A DNA stretch of 64,000 nt from positions 18,834,642 to 18,898,641 of the forward strand of contig CP154954.1 of NCBI GenBank assembly GCA_039621445.1. Reading direction: 5' to 3'. Position numbers and translations under genes: made by a program. The notes beneath the pieces were generated by a model, which had not been told where the DNA came from, did not search any database, and saw nothing but the letters and a program-made list of their open reading frames with translations. Shown in pieces: positions 22,901 through 35,834 of this stretch. The first letter of the stretch is position 1. Each line of letters opens with the position of its first letter. Source of the stretch: Euglena gracilis. Its lineage: Eukaryota.

Positions 22901-24413
22901 ATTCGGCGGCTACATTTGGACTGGGGTGAATCAAATATCCAACGAAAGGCGTATTTGTTTCCCGATGCAGTTTTGCACTGATTGCTTTAAATTCCACTGT
23001 TTAAATAAAATTTGCAGCTGGTTACCATTTTTGTTCGTATTCATTGCCTAAAAACTGCCACAAAATGGTAAATTTTCAGGGGTTTCCCCCTCCTGGTACC
23101 ACCCGCATGGCGTCTGTCCAGGTTCTCATTGGGGAATAGGGGTTGTATTTGGTCACCATCATGCCCCATGGGGGGTTTCAACGGGGGAGGGGTTACACTA
23201 AAGGTGTGTAAATTTGGGAGGTTTTCCTCAGTTTGAAAATGCAGACTTCTTCAGCAAGGTTGCCAGAAATCCAAATTTTCCCCTGACGTCAATATTTTTT
23301 CTGCTGAGAAACTTCGAATTTCCATTTTTAGTTGAATGCGCTTGGCGGCAGATTTTTTTTTTTATTCACTCAAGGGCTGCCCTGGTTTTCAAGCTCACCC
23401 ACCTCGAAAATTTCATCCCATTGCTTCAGCAATCCTCTGTTATTCCAGCCTTAAACGCCTTCTTCGTAGGTTTTTCGGATAGTTTGTTTGTTGACCCAAC
23501 TTCTAAGCCTCCGGTGAAACGCTGCCTTCCACCCACACCGCCTGTTGCGGGGACGCCCCCTCCACTCGCACGCCGTCCTCCGTGCCTTGACCCTCCGCCA
23601 GGGGTGGTACTGGGCCACGTTGGCCAAAACGTCGCCCTCCCCTCGTTCGCCGACAACCTCTGCCTCAACTGCATGACCTCCACTTACTTCGTCGCCCTGT
23701 TCACCGCATGTGCGTCGGTGCTCATCCTGTCGCCGCCGGGCTTTCGCTCCCGCAGTGCGCCGTGTCCACCATACATTGTGATATTTTTCTGTCAGAAAGC
23801 TGTAGAGTTGATTTTTCTCCCCCCGGTGCTTTTATGCCATGCAAAAGATGTGCTGGTGCCCATCAAACTATTGGCATATTTGATTTATCCATCATCAGAG
23901 CTGCAGAGCATGGAACAATGGAACATGTTGGCAACCCAAAAGCGAATTTTTCGATGTTAAACCCAGAGTCTGTTCAAGGAGTTCAAAGTATCCTGAGCAG
24001 ATATTTTTTTTAAGTTTCGTGACCCGGCGGGGGGGGGGGTGGGTCCCTGGCCGAGCCCCCCCTTTCCCAGGAATGGGTACCCCCAGAGGTTGGGTTCTGT
24101 TCTATTTTCCCCGCTTGCACCGACAGAATTTTTTGGACCCCAAAATTGACCCTCCAAATGTCCAAGCCCCCCTCCCCGGGGGAGCCCAGTGGGTGGGTGG
24201 GTGCGTCTGGAACCCCTCGGGCCTTAAAAAACCTCTGATCCTGAGGATTAATAACCCAAAGTCAAAAAATCGTCAGGAGCATAACTGTGAGATTGTGTTC
24301 AATGTAAATTTGCAAGATGAAGATGTTTGACCAATTTTCAAAAAAAATTATCAAGCAAGGCTCCTCTTTGTTTCCTTTTGTTCCAGTGTATGTGTGAATG
24401 TGTGTGTATGGAA

Positions 24414-24447
<34 letters not shown>

Positions 24448-27400
24448 ACGCGCGTGCGCGTGCGTGCGTGCATTTGTGTGTGATGGGACCATGTCTCCTG
24501 CCCATCTGCATGTCTTCCTCTGTCGTATGGGGAAACTCTTTGACTGGGAATAAGGCCCCTGCCATTCTTCCTCGTCTGCTTGATCTCCCGGACTAACACC
24601 CCGGTGCAGCACCACTCCCACTCCTCTCTTGCGCTCGTGACACTGCACATGCCCCCCACCCTTTTTGTGGATGGCTTTATTGGGTCCTGGCTGGTTGCCT
24701 GAGCCCATTTCATTTCAGAAATGTCTTTGACTCACTGTCTCCCTGGATTTTTTTTTTGCCGCCAATCCTCCTCCTGAAGCTGTTGCTAACAGCCCCCCCC
24801 CCCCCTGGGACTCCGACTCGACTCTCTCGAGCCCCCTCCGGGGGGGGGGGTACTGCAAACCCTGAAGCAGAAGCCTGGAACAGATAGCAGAACTTCTGAA
24901 ACTCATTCTCAAGACCACAAAGGTCGGTACCCCCAATGCCAGGGGCTCTCGGAAACCTCGGGTCTGAACATCACATTCGGTGCTGGAGGTGGAAAGCCTG
25001 GGAACAGACAAAAGCAGTTGTGGAAGCAAAGGCTTCCATTTTTGTTCCTTATTGCCGTTTGAAGACAAAAGCTGTCACTCAGGCTGCATTTATGTGATCT
25101 GATGCTGAAAGTCTGTTCACACACGAGGGGAACAATGGAAGGTGGTGGGGTGTTGGGAACATGTTGCCTTCGTGATATTTTTTCTGAGTTCTGTTCAACA
25201 AGCCTGAAAAAAACCAGCAAAAATCAGAGAACCCTCAACCAGAGAAACGTCAGCTATCTTGTTTGCAGGTGCATTGCATCAGTGGAATTCGTTTCTTCTT
25301 TTTGCCCAGATGACTTTCCACATAAAAGCTTCTTTAAAACCAAGGTGCAAGGCACCGGCCTCAATGGCCCCGGGGAAATACACAATCATTGGAAGATGCG
25401 ATGAGATGTAACTGTTGCACTGCCACAAAAGAGTTGAAACGCGATGCTTCCGTTTGCGGCGCTTCACCGACCGCCGCTCCCCTTCCCCTGATAGGGAATC
25501 ATAGCATGGTCGCCATTCCAGCACTCGCCCCAACCGAAGGGACACACACCGCAGTGCCAGTGCCACGGACGCGGTGGTGGGCTTCCTGTCGGCGTGCGTG
25601 CTGCTCATCCGGGCCTACACCGCCCCCAGCAGCAAGGTCAGCCCGGTGTTCCACCCAGGGGTTCTCTTCCCTTTATCGAATACCGAACGAAATTCGTCGA
25701 ATGGCTCTTTCGTGTTGACCGGGGTTGAGTTTCACCCAAATCACGTGGGCTGCTTCCTGGCAGGAGGGATGGTGGCCCCACTCCAAGTTGGGTGCGACCC
25801 CCGTGGTGCAGGTGGTTAATCTGAACACTGCGCCTCACCATGGCTGGATCATTGCCTGTCCAAACGTTGCTGGGGAACTCTATCTCACTCCTTTCATGTG
25901 AGCTTTGGTGCTGGAGTCCCCTGCGCCTTGCAAGTGGGTCATCGTTCCGTGACCTGCTGATTTTCGCTGGGCCAAAACGTGTAAATGGAGTAAGAAATTG
26001 TGCAGGCCAGGATTGCATTCAGGGTTTTTTTTAGTTGTGGACCCCCGGGGGGGGGGGAGGGGGGGTAGGGTGGGTGGGTCCGGCCGGACCCCCTCAGAGG
26101 GGTGTGCCTTTTTTGGCTGGTGGGATCCCGGCGCTGAAGGGGCCGGAGAAAAAAATTTTGACCGGCGCCGAGGCGCCAAATTTTTTTGGTATCTTCTTTG
26201 CCGCGCCTCTTGTCACAGCCAAAATGTACAAGTGCTTTTGTGGTTCCATGTTGAAGAATTCTGGACAGTTACAATTTTATTTTATTATCCATCATTATCC
26301 ATCATTGTGAATGTCATTAAATTTCTCCTTTAAGTTGTCATTTGATTTGGTTTTTTGTTTTTCTTCGAAGCACAACATTACAGCGGCATACACAATTAAA
26401 CACAAATGAGCATTGCTTTGGTCTTTGCGACAATTCCACAGTAAAACACCAGCATTTTCTATGACAACAATGATAACAAAACATTGTAACTGCCGTCAAT
26501 TTTTTTTTCGATGATTGGCGTGTTTGCTTTGCCGCGTTCACGTTTCGCAGTGTCAAAAATACCCCCCCCCCAAAAGTGGGTCCATCGGGACCCCCCCCCC
26601 CCTGGGGGGCCCCCAAGGGGTGGGTGGGTGGGTGGGGGGTACCCCCGGTCTTAAAAAGAACCCTGATTGCATTTTTTTGCTTTTTGTTCTGCCTATCAGC
26701 ATCCATACTCGCGGGAATGTGGATGCCAATGAATCACGGCAAAGCATCATTCCAGGGTTCCGGAAGTTCTCTGTTCTGAAGTGCAGAGGGACTAATGTGC
26801 AATTTTCATTTATACCCCACCCTGAAGGAGCGAATCTTTGTCCCTAGGCCATTGCCTCCAGTGTCTCCATCTGCTACAGCATCCGACTCCATACGCTCTT
26901 CAAGGAGGAGGTATCGTCTGCTTGCTGCCTTTTTTTTAAGTCCTTGTCACTGCTTTGGGTTTTCAAGCGAAGCCTGGACAAGAAAATGTCCACACAGAAG
27001 AAGCGCACGCATGGGAAACCACCTGGCTCTTTTAAACAAATTCTGTTTTCCCCAACCGCTCAACCATTTAGGAAACGTAGGTATCGAAATGAAGGCAATC
27101 CGCCCCTGCAAAGTTATTTGGGCAGTGCCCTAACCCATTGACAGATTGATGGATCGATTCACCACATATCCTCCTATAACCCTTTTCCTGTTCCTTGTGA
27201 AGCGGGCAAGTCATTTGGACGGAACTTTTTCAGCTTTCCCCCTGCAAAGTTATTTGGGCATGCAAAACTTCAGGGCACTGCACATTTTGTTCGGGGGTTA
27301 ACTTGAGCACCATCACCGAAATCTGTTTGGAAGTTTTTGAGAAAAATGAACCTTTTCTGAACCAGCAAATGTTTCAAATTACAATCGATTTGTTTCTCCA

Positions 27401-30400
27401 TTTCCGCCCAAAAGATAAAGCTTCCCATCATAAAGAGGCCCCTCCAGAGAGAGTTGGAAGGTAAAGAAAAATTGGCGGAAAGTTGGAAAGGATGAGAATG
27501 AGGCAGTGGGTCCTCTGCCATTTCTTTTACCAGTGGGACCCCTCATCGATGATGCCGAGTGCTTTGGACGACGTTGAGGCCAAAAAGGTTGGTCCACTAA
27601 TTTTGCGGGGGGAAACGTTGTTTGGGAGGGGGGGCTAGTGAACTACTTAGGTTTAAACTTTTTGTGGTGGGGTTGGACTCCTTGTTCCTCAATTGGAAAA
27701 CATTTGTCCCTTGAGTGTCCCTTTTTCATTATCATTTTCCATTTTGGGTTCCTAGACACTTGCCAAAATTTCCTGTATGTCATGCTTTTTTTTTTGAATA
27801 GCTTCCCACTTGATGTATTGGTGTTTATGTTCGGCCCACGGGTCTGTTACAAAAAATACGCAGTGTTGTATTCAGGCAGTTTTTTTGGGGGGGCACCCCA
27901 CCACCCCATCACATTAAAGGAGCAGGAACTCGCCTTGTTTCTCTGTTATCCGAGTCTCCGTCCCGGCGCCTTCCAACCTTTGCGTGCGCCTTTCCAGTAC
28001 CTGACGTCCAAAGATGCCATCACGTGCCTCCTCGTGGTGTTTGGGTTGCTGCTGGCGATGCCCAGGCAGTAGCTCCCCCGCCCAAGGATATTTGTTTTAA
28101 AGGTTTGGTGACCCGGTGGGGGGGAGGGAGAGGGGTCCAGAGGGGGGGGGTCGCGCTGGCTTTCCCTCCATTTTCGGTGCGAAGTTTTTGGCTCATGCAA
28201 GCCCTGATTAGGCTGTTGATTAACGGTTTGCAGCACCCCCTGGGGGGGGAGGGGGCTGGACTGCAGCTAGTCCAATTTTGGCTGGTGGAAATCCCAGAGG
28301 ACCCCCCCGGGGGGGGGGTCCAGTAGCAGAGCTGGCAAGTGGAATTTTTTTTTCCACAGAGACCGGCACGAAGCGCCGGAAATTTTTTTGACTCCAAAAC
28401 TTATCAAAATGTCCATTTTGGGCCATTTTTGGAAGAAAGTCAGAAAACATTAAAAGCCTCATTTCCACCTCCGGCGCACAGCACCAGGGGAATTTCTTTC
28501 TCCCAGCTGGGGGGACCCCTGACCCCCCCAGTGGGAGGGAGGTCTAGTTGGTGGCTTTTTTCCAGTGTCTATCAAAATGGCGTGCCAGTGGGCCCCCCTG
28601 GGTCTTTGAGCCAGGTTGGCCACGGCGTTCGGCAAAGACCATGCGTTGGGTTGGACCCGGTGTGGTGCTTCAGGGTGGCATTGACCCCGCTTCAGCCCCT
28701 TGCTCAACTTTGACCCTCCCAGAGCTTGATCACAATCACCTGAACACCCCCCCCCCCCGGTCGTGGACAAGGAGAGTCCACGGAGTCCAAAGAGTTACGA
28801 GACTTTTTTCAGTAAATTCTTCCTGACACCTGAGGGTGACCTGGAGGGGATGCACCCTGAGGTATAACCAGAGGTTGGCAGGAAGGTTTTTCAAAAAAGA
28901 GTCTTGTAACCCTGTCATCACCATACATCTCTCTAAGGTTTTGCGAACCCCCCCCCCCCCCGGGGGGGTGACTGCAGCCAGCCCCGATTTGGGCCCAGCC
29001 CAGCCGCAGCAGCCGCCTCCCCCGGGGGGGGGGGGTGCTGCTAGCCCTAGCTAGCCAGCCCCTTTTTGGGGGTCCAGCCCAAATTTTTTTGAAAAACTGT
29101 GTTCAAAAGTGGCCAAAAATGGGGTTTGGGGGGCGTTTGGGGCATTTTTGGGGGGGTTTCAGATGCATCATTTTTTCAAAACTGTGTTCTGCAGGTCATT
29201 TTTGGGCTTTTTTCCGATTTCAGTCCAGCTCGCCCCGGTTCGGGTCCACCCCCCCCCCCCGGGGGGGGGCGGGCTAGCCAGCCCAAATTTCTAGCCCTAG
29301 CCCCCCCCCCCCCCCCCGGGGTCCTTAAAGAGATGTATGGTCATCACCCACCTCACCAATAGGCACGCAGTCCCACCCAGATGTTGCAGCCCCGAGGTTT
29401 CCGAATTATGATCCAAACGGTATTTACAATTTCCAAATGAATCATGCAGGAATGAGGTGAATTCATGTATTCGTTCCCATATGATGATCCGACGGGATTC
29501 AAACACAATGTGTTTTCCTGTTCCTGCCTCAACGCCCCTGGGGTCTGCTAGAGTCCAATCACCCCAGGGATGGATGGGAAGCCCTTCGGTTATGAGGTAG
29601 GTGGTAGGGGGTGGTCCTGACCCCCCCCCCCCCGCTGGGGGGTAAGGTGGTAGGGGGGGGTCCGGACCCCCCCCCCCCTCGCTGTCAAGAGGGGGGGGGG
29701 TCGGACCCACCCCCCCCCGAGCTTCCCATCCATCCCTGAATCACCCACAAGGAACCACACTCTCAGGGAATTTCTCTTCGCGCCAAATAGAGAGATTGAA
29801 AAAATGCTCTTTTTTGTTTTCTTTATTATTTGTCTCAAAAACTTTCGGTTGAGGGATGCCTGTGCCTGGCAATGATCCCGACGTGGAACGATCCACTGTG
29901 CGGCATTGACCGCGGGGTGGTATGGCCGCTCATCTGCCTCTTTGGCTGGTTGCCCAAGACCCTGCTGAACGTCTTGGAGGAGGTGTGTCCAGCCCTGCCT
30001 CTTCAGTCATTGCTCTTTCTTGGGTTTCCATATTGCCTTGTTTTAAAAAAGGACATTTGGCAGTTTTGCCAAATGTACTTTTTTGCCAAAATTTTTTTTT
30101 TGCGGCTCAGCTTTCCTTTGACCCCCTCCCCCAGTGACCCCCCCCCCCACGTGACCTGCAATTTCGAGTTTTGGCGGGTGGAGGAAGTAAAATTCCCAAG
30201 AGGACAAAAAATCCCCTTTCTTGAAAAAGGCCATCCCCCCCGTGACCTGTTGCACCCTCTAAAATGGCCATAACTCGTACCAGGCATGGGGGGGGCCAGG
30301 TCTCCCCCGTCTGGGGGTGGGGCAAGCTTGCCAGCCCAAATTCCCAGCCCCAGCCCAGCAGCCCCCCCCCCCCACTGGGGTCCTTGAAGAGATGCATGCC

Positions 30401-33400
30401 CACCGACACACTATTGGCGGAGCAGTTCAGGCAGAGTGGATTCAAAGATAGTCTCAGCGTGCCCACCAAGCACCTGTGAAATGACTGGGTGTGACTGGGT
30501 GTGGCTGGGCGTGACTGGGCATGACTGGGCGTGACTGAGCGTCACTGGGCATGATTGGGATTTTGCCCACATCTGGCTTCTTCTGGCGTCTTTTGGCCAT
30601 GTTCGGCCTTTTTTGTCCCGTTTTGTCCGCTTCTGGCTATCTTTGTCCATTTGTGGCCACCTATGTATATTTTTGCGAGTTTTTGAGCATTTTTTGGCCA
30701 CTTTTGGCCAAGCTTGGCCTTTTCTGGCACTGGGATTTCTGTGTGACGACTGGGTGTGAGTGAGCGCGACTGAGCGTGACCGGGTCTGGGATTCTGGATG
30801 AGTCTTGGTGCTTGCTGCCTGCCTCCTCCCCACCCCATCCCTTTGGCTCCCGCAGTGGCAGTTCGTGGGGGTCTGCCAGTCGGACGGCTGGCCGCTGCCC
30901 CAGCCCCCCGCCAACACGCTCCCCAACATCATCAGCCTCCTCTTCTGGGTCAACCTCTACGCCCTCTTCTTCCTCGTCGCCTTCTTCTGGACCGACATGC
31001 TCCCAGTCCCTCTGGGTGTGACTGGTCCCATGCAAAGTGGTGTCTGCTGGGCATGCTGCCTTTTGTGTGTCTGTGTCTCTCCCTGTTCGCGCTGCAGCTT
31101 GCAAATGCCAGCAAGCGATTCAGTGACGAAAATATAAGCTGGTGATTTTATTTCGAAAAATCCCAAACAAATCATATTCTGATGCCAGCCAGCTGTCAGA
31201 GATATTTCAACAACTGAACTTTGCTTCAACCAGCAAGCTTTGCTTCTACCCCCCCCCCCCAAACATGCGTCCACAAGAGTGTCATGGGCCAACAGAATGG
31301 GGTTAGCAAAGGGAGGGCTAATTGGCAGTTTTTTGTACATTTTTGTGGTTTCAATTTTTGGACCGCAGTCGGGCAGGGTTCGAGCCACTTGGGTGGGTCC
31401 CCTGGCTTGGGGGGGGGGGAAGGGGGTCAGCCAGCCAGTCCAAATTCTCCAGCCTCTGACATCCCCTCCCCTTCCCCGCCCTGGGGGTCCTAAGCGACGC
31501 CCTGGCCCCGATACGCCGCCGGAGGACACATCCCCGGAGTCTCCTCCTGGGCAGGGATGTGTGGGAAGCCCTTCAGTTTTGAGGTGGGGGCAACCACCCC
31601 TCCCCTCCTGGAGGGGGTAAGGGGGGGTCGATGAGCTCTTATCCCTTTATGGGTAAGAGCGAAGCTTACCCCTGGGGGAAAACCCCCCCCGAACCCCCCC
31701 CCCTCCCCCACCCCTCGGGGCCACCTCGGGAACCGGCGGATTATCACCATGATCCCGGCCCCGTTCCCAAATTTTTTTTTTCAGTCGCGAGCGACTGGAT
31801 TCCTAGTTTCTGAATCACCTGGGTTTGACCCCCAACTCCCCGCCAGGCCCGAGTTATTCACGCGCGAAGGGGTCCAAACTGGGTAGGATTGGCCCAACCC
31901 CTGGATAACCCCCCCCCCTTCGGACTCTGCCATTTCGGCCAAAAAATGTCAAATTTCAAAATATCTCCAAAATGAAGCCAAATCAAAGGAAATGTCCGGA
32001 GACCTAATTGAAGCCCTTGGAACACTCCATCTACCGGTATTTTGATTTTCCCACAACTATTCGCGTAGCCCGAGATACGGCCGTTTTTTCGGCCGATTTT
32101 GGCCATTTTGTACACTTTTTCCACTGGTGGACTTAGCCGTTTTCGGCCAAAAAAGGCGAAGATTTTCGAAGAAAAAATTTTCCCCCCAAAACCATGCTTC
32201 TTGGCCTCCCGGACCCGGAAAAAGGGTTTTCGAGCCGCAAATGGGCGTTTTTCAACCATCATGGCCATCATGACCCGTGATGACCAAGATGCCCATGATG
32301 ACCCATGATGCCAATCATGGGTCATGATGGGCATCATGGGGCATGATGGCCATCATGACCCATGATGCGCATCATGACCCATGATGGCCATCATGCCCCA
32401 TGATGCCCATCATGACCAAAGATGCCCATCATGACCCATGATGCCCATCATTGGTCATGATGGGCATCATGACCCATGATGCACATCATGACCCATGATG
32501 CAATCATGGGTCATGATGCCCATCATGACCAATGATGGGCATCATGACCAATGATGCCCATCATGACCCATGATGGCCATCATGACCCATGATGGCCATC
32601 ATGAGCAATGATGGCCATCATGACCCATGATGCACATCATGACCCATGATGCCCATCATTGGTCATGATGGCCATCATCGGTCATGATGGCCATCATCGG
32701 TCATGATGGGCATCATGGGTCAAAAAAGTCGAAAAAAAATCGAAATTTTTTTTTTTGCCCGAAACGATGTTTTTGGGCCTCCCAAACCCAGAAAAACTGT
32801 TTTTGGGCCGAAAATGAGCGTTTTTCGACCCGCCAGCGCCCCGTTTGGGGCTGCCAACCCATTGACTTTGGGTCATTTTCAGGTAAAAAAAGTCGAAAAA
32901 AATCGATTTTTTTTTGCCCGAAACGATGTTTTTTGGCCTCCCGGACCCAGAGAAACTGTTTTTTGGGCCGAAAAATGAGCGTTATTCGACCTGCCAGCGC
33001 CCCGTTTTGGACCGCCAACCCATTGACTTTGGGTCATTTTTGGGTCAAAAAGTCGAAAAAAATCGAATTTTTTTGCCCGAAACGATGTTTTTTTGGCCTC
33101 CCGGACGGACCCAGAGAAACTGTTTTTGGCCGAAAAATGAGCGTTATTCGACCTGCCAGCGCCCCGTTTTGGGCTGTCAACCCACTCACTTCCGGTCATT
33201 TTTGGGTCAAAAAAGTCGAAACAATCGAAAAATTTTTTTTGCTCAAAGCGCTGTTTTTTTGGCTATCCAGACCCAGAAAAGGTGTATTTTGAGCCAAAAT
33301 GAGTGTTTCTTCACCCCCCAGCGCCCTGTTTCGGCACAAAACCTTTGCATTTCAGTCAACAGAGCTCCATGGAGTGCACCGGTTTATATGGGGGTGTCAA

Positions 33401-35834
33401 TGAAGGGGTGGGTGAGCGCTTATTAAGAGCTCAGCACTATTCAAAACCTGGTCCAGACCCCCCCCCCCAGATGTCGGGAGGAGGTGTCCGTACCCCCCCC
33501 ACTCTCTTTGACAGGTTCCGAAAATAGCGAAAAGCTTTCTTCTGGCGCTCTGCACCAAAAATGCTTAAAAGGGGAGGGCCCGTATTAAGTTTGGTTTATG
33601 TGCAATTCTTTGGCTCTGGTTTGTGCCACAGGGCTGGGGTCCAACTTTGCGGAGTTCCTCTCGATGATCCGGGAGTCCCTCTACTGCTACGCCTTCTCCC
33701 GGCCGCAGTGCCCCCGCCTGTGCCCCCCGTTGTACTTGGTGGGTGCGAGGTCAATGGAAAATGGAAGGAGCCTCTCCGCACTCTGTCTTTGTGCATTTTG
33801 TTCTGTCTTGCATTTCAACGAACGTTGCATACAGGGCACTGTTCAGGAGAATTTGACCCCATCTGCCGGGGGTCCAGCCAGCCAGCAGCGTTTTTCCAGC
33901 CCCGGACCCCCTCTCCATCGAAGAGTTTTGTTTTCTTTTGCAACGGGCGGCTGGACAGTGACGCATTTTTTGGGGGGTGCAAGAATGGACAAAAAAAAAT
34001 GGGCTAAGTGGGTCGGTCGGTTTGGGCTCGCCAGGGCAAATTTGGTTGGGGTAAAAAAAATCCACTTTTGCACAATTGGCAGTATTTTGGGTATTTTTGC
34101 AGTTCCGATTTTTTGAATCTGGGTTGACCGAAGGTCAGGCCTGGTTCCAGGTGGGGGTGGGGGTGGGGTGGACAGCGTGGTGGTCATCCATCAGCCTTTT
34201 TCCAGCCAGCCCAAACTTTCCAGCCTCCCTTCAGAACTATGCCACTCGGAACACCAGAAGGGTGTTTGTCCTGCATTCGATCGTGTGTGACTGGGCCACA
34301 GATGCACCTGACTGTGTGTGACTTCCTTGGGGGGTTTTTGAGAATGGGTGGGTGGGTTGGGGTCGCTGGACCTGTCCCTCCCAGGGGCCAGGGGTGGGGT
34401 ATGCCATAGGTCAGCCTTTGGCCCGGCCGAAGGTTGGGTCAGAAAAATAATTTCAAGGGTTTTCGGGTGGGTGGTTTTTCTCTCTCTCTCTCTCTCTCTC
34501 GAAAATCAGAGGGTGGGTGGGTTTGCACCCAGGAAAAAGTGCCCCCGGGGGGCTCACTAAGTGAATCTATGAACCGGGCCATCCATGCAACGGGCCATGC
34601 ATGCCTGGACTGGGTCACACATCTAAACCGGGTCACGCGTGACCGCAGTGCCCAACCGTTGTCCCCCCCGGAACGGGGGCACGCCCCCACCTCGCGTTCT
34701 GGGCGACCTTCCACGTCCTCACCGTGCTGTGGACGTCTGTCTGCTGCGCCCTGGTGCAGGAGCAGGTGTTTGCCAAGCTGTCCATGGCGGCGGCCCTCGT
34801 GTACGTGCCCCTCAGCGTGCTGGCCTGGATGGGCTACTACCTCCGCCTCTCCAGCTGGCAGGCCTGCCCCACCCTGTCCCCCCATCGTGCACGCTCTCAT
34901 TTCGGTGTGAGCATCAGCAGACCAGGGGGTGAATTGGCAATGACCCAAGGTGGAATGGAAAGAAATTGGCAGAACAAAATCCCCCAAGTATTTTTCTACC
35001 GTTTTTGGCCAAGTTTGCCAAATTTCCCATATGATTTTCGAATTTTTTTTCTAGAAATTACCCATATTTTCTATTGCAAAAAAATTAGCGAAACAAAACT
35101 TTTGCCGAGACTGCCAAATTTTCCATCTGCAGATTTTTTTCATCCAGTTTTCTTTAGCCCCATTTCCCCCGCCCTGTGTTGTCAATGCCTGATGGGCAGT
35201 TGTGCCATTTGGGGTGGTTGCATGAAAGGTGGGAGCCACGTGATGGGTTGCTTTCAGTGAGGGGCTCGTCATCAGGGGGCCAGCCAGTGTATATTTTTTT
35301 GCGAAGTGTGAATGGCGACGGCACTTGTAACAGAGATGGGAGGATGCGAACTCCCCGCGAGCCCTTCCAAAGAATGATTGGGTGAAATTCCGACCCAACG
35401 TGCAGTGTTTCATTTCCCGCCCACCCAGAAGATCAGTGGGCATCCCCTCATGGTTTAAAGCACAAATGTGGTATGTGCGTTGAACAAGGATGCTGGGACA
35501 TTTTTTTTTGCTTCCCCCCCCATTTAAGTGCACAGGGTGTGCTCAGTTTTGGACCGTTGTTTCGGGCCCTCAAGGGTGCGCGCTTTCTTTGTGGCACTAT
35601 GGTGTGCCACAAAGTTGTGCACTTTTTTGGATTTCACTTCGGTGGGGTGACTGCGCTCAATTTTGGGGTTAGACCTCATATAGCACAACCAGAACAATCG
35701 CGATGTGGTCATTTTTGCGTCGATGCGCCATATGCTTTTGCTTCTTCTGCTCAGGCAGTGGTGCCCACGTTGATGGTGTACATGTGCGCCCTCGTCCCCA
35801 TCTTGACCGCCGTGGCAATGCATGGCCTGCTCAG
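19904..35834 (+). CDS. CRT-like (chloroquine-resistance-transporter homologue, DMT superfamily) membrane transporter, multi-exon, ends unresolved
   Basis: Approximate exons: 19904-20033(?), ~22570-22730(?), 23602-~23735 (GVVLGHVGQNVALPSF), 25561-25645 (VVGFLSACVLLIRAYTAPSSKVS), ~25850-25897 (VQTLLGNSISLLS), ~26848-26910, 27998-28059, 29874-29982 (WPLICLFGWLPKTLLNVLEE), 30856-31005 (SLLFWVNLYALFFLVAFFWTDMLP), 33632-~33719, ~34706-34861, 35755-35834. Motif order matches CRT homologues as recalled; no search was run. Confidence 0.68.
21354..22035 (-). mobile_element. GAGCTC-ended dispersed repeat, inverted relative to 31620-33452
   Basis: Ends gctgagctctt / aagagctcagc. The core (gattatcacc..cagtcgcgagcgactggat..) recurs at ~11440-11980, ~15680-16160 and ~31740-32040. 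Confidence 0.8.
23998..24237. mobile_element. hAT-type MITE, CAG...CTG, 8-bp TSD ATCCTGAG
   Basis: TSD at 23990-23997 and 24238-24245. Confidence 0.85.
26020..26665. mobile_element. hAT-type MITE, CAG...CTG, 8-bp TSD ATTGCATT
   Basis: TSD at 26012-26019 and 26666-26673; termini cagggtt / aaccctg. Confidence 0.85.
28060..29873 (+). other. Euglenid non-conventional intron (gcc-CAGgca ... tgcCTG-gcaat|G)
   Basis: Removal restores GLLLAM-IPTWND in frame. CAG at +4..+6 pairs with CTG at -8..-6; no GT-AG ends. Confidence 0.8.
28922..29339. mobile_element. hAT-type MITE, CAT...ATG, 8-bp TSD GTCATCAC
   Basis: TIR catacatctctctaagg / ccttaaagagatgtatg; TSD at 28914-28921 and 29340-29347. Confidence 0.88.
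30476..30560. repeat. 10-bp minisatellite (GTGACTGGGC)n
   Basis: About 8 copies; a further patch at ~30745-30785. Confidence 0.85.
32258..32720. repeat. Self-complementary satellite (CATCATGACCCATGATG-GC/GGC)n
   Basis: About 21-nt units built from CATCATG/CATGATG in both orientations. Confidence 0.92.
32717..33240. repeat. Tandem repeat, ~160-bp unit, about 3 copies
   Basis: ggtcaaaaaagtcgaaaaaaatcga recurs at ~32717, 32882, 33042 and 33203. Confidence 0.85.

Larger units (their letters stand above)
31620..33452 (+). mobile_element. GAGCTC-ended element expanded by internal satellites
   Basis: Homologous to the reverse complement of 21354-22035, plus extra sequence at ~32040-33290. Confidence 0.8.
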
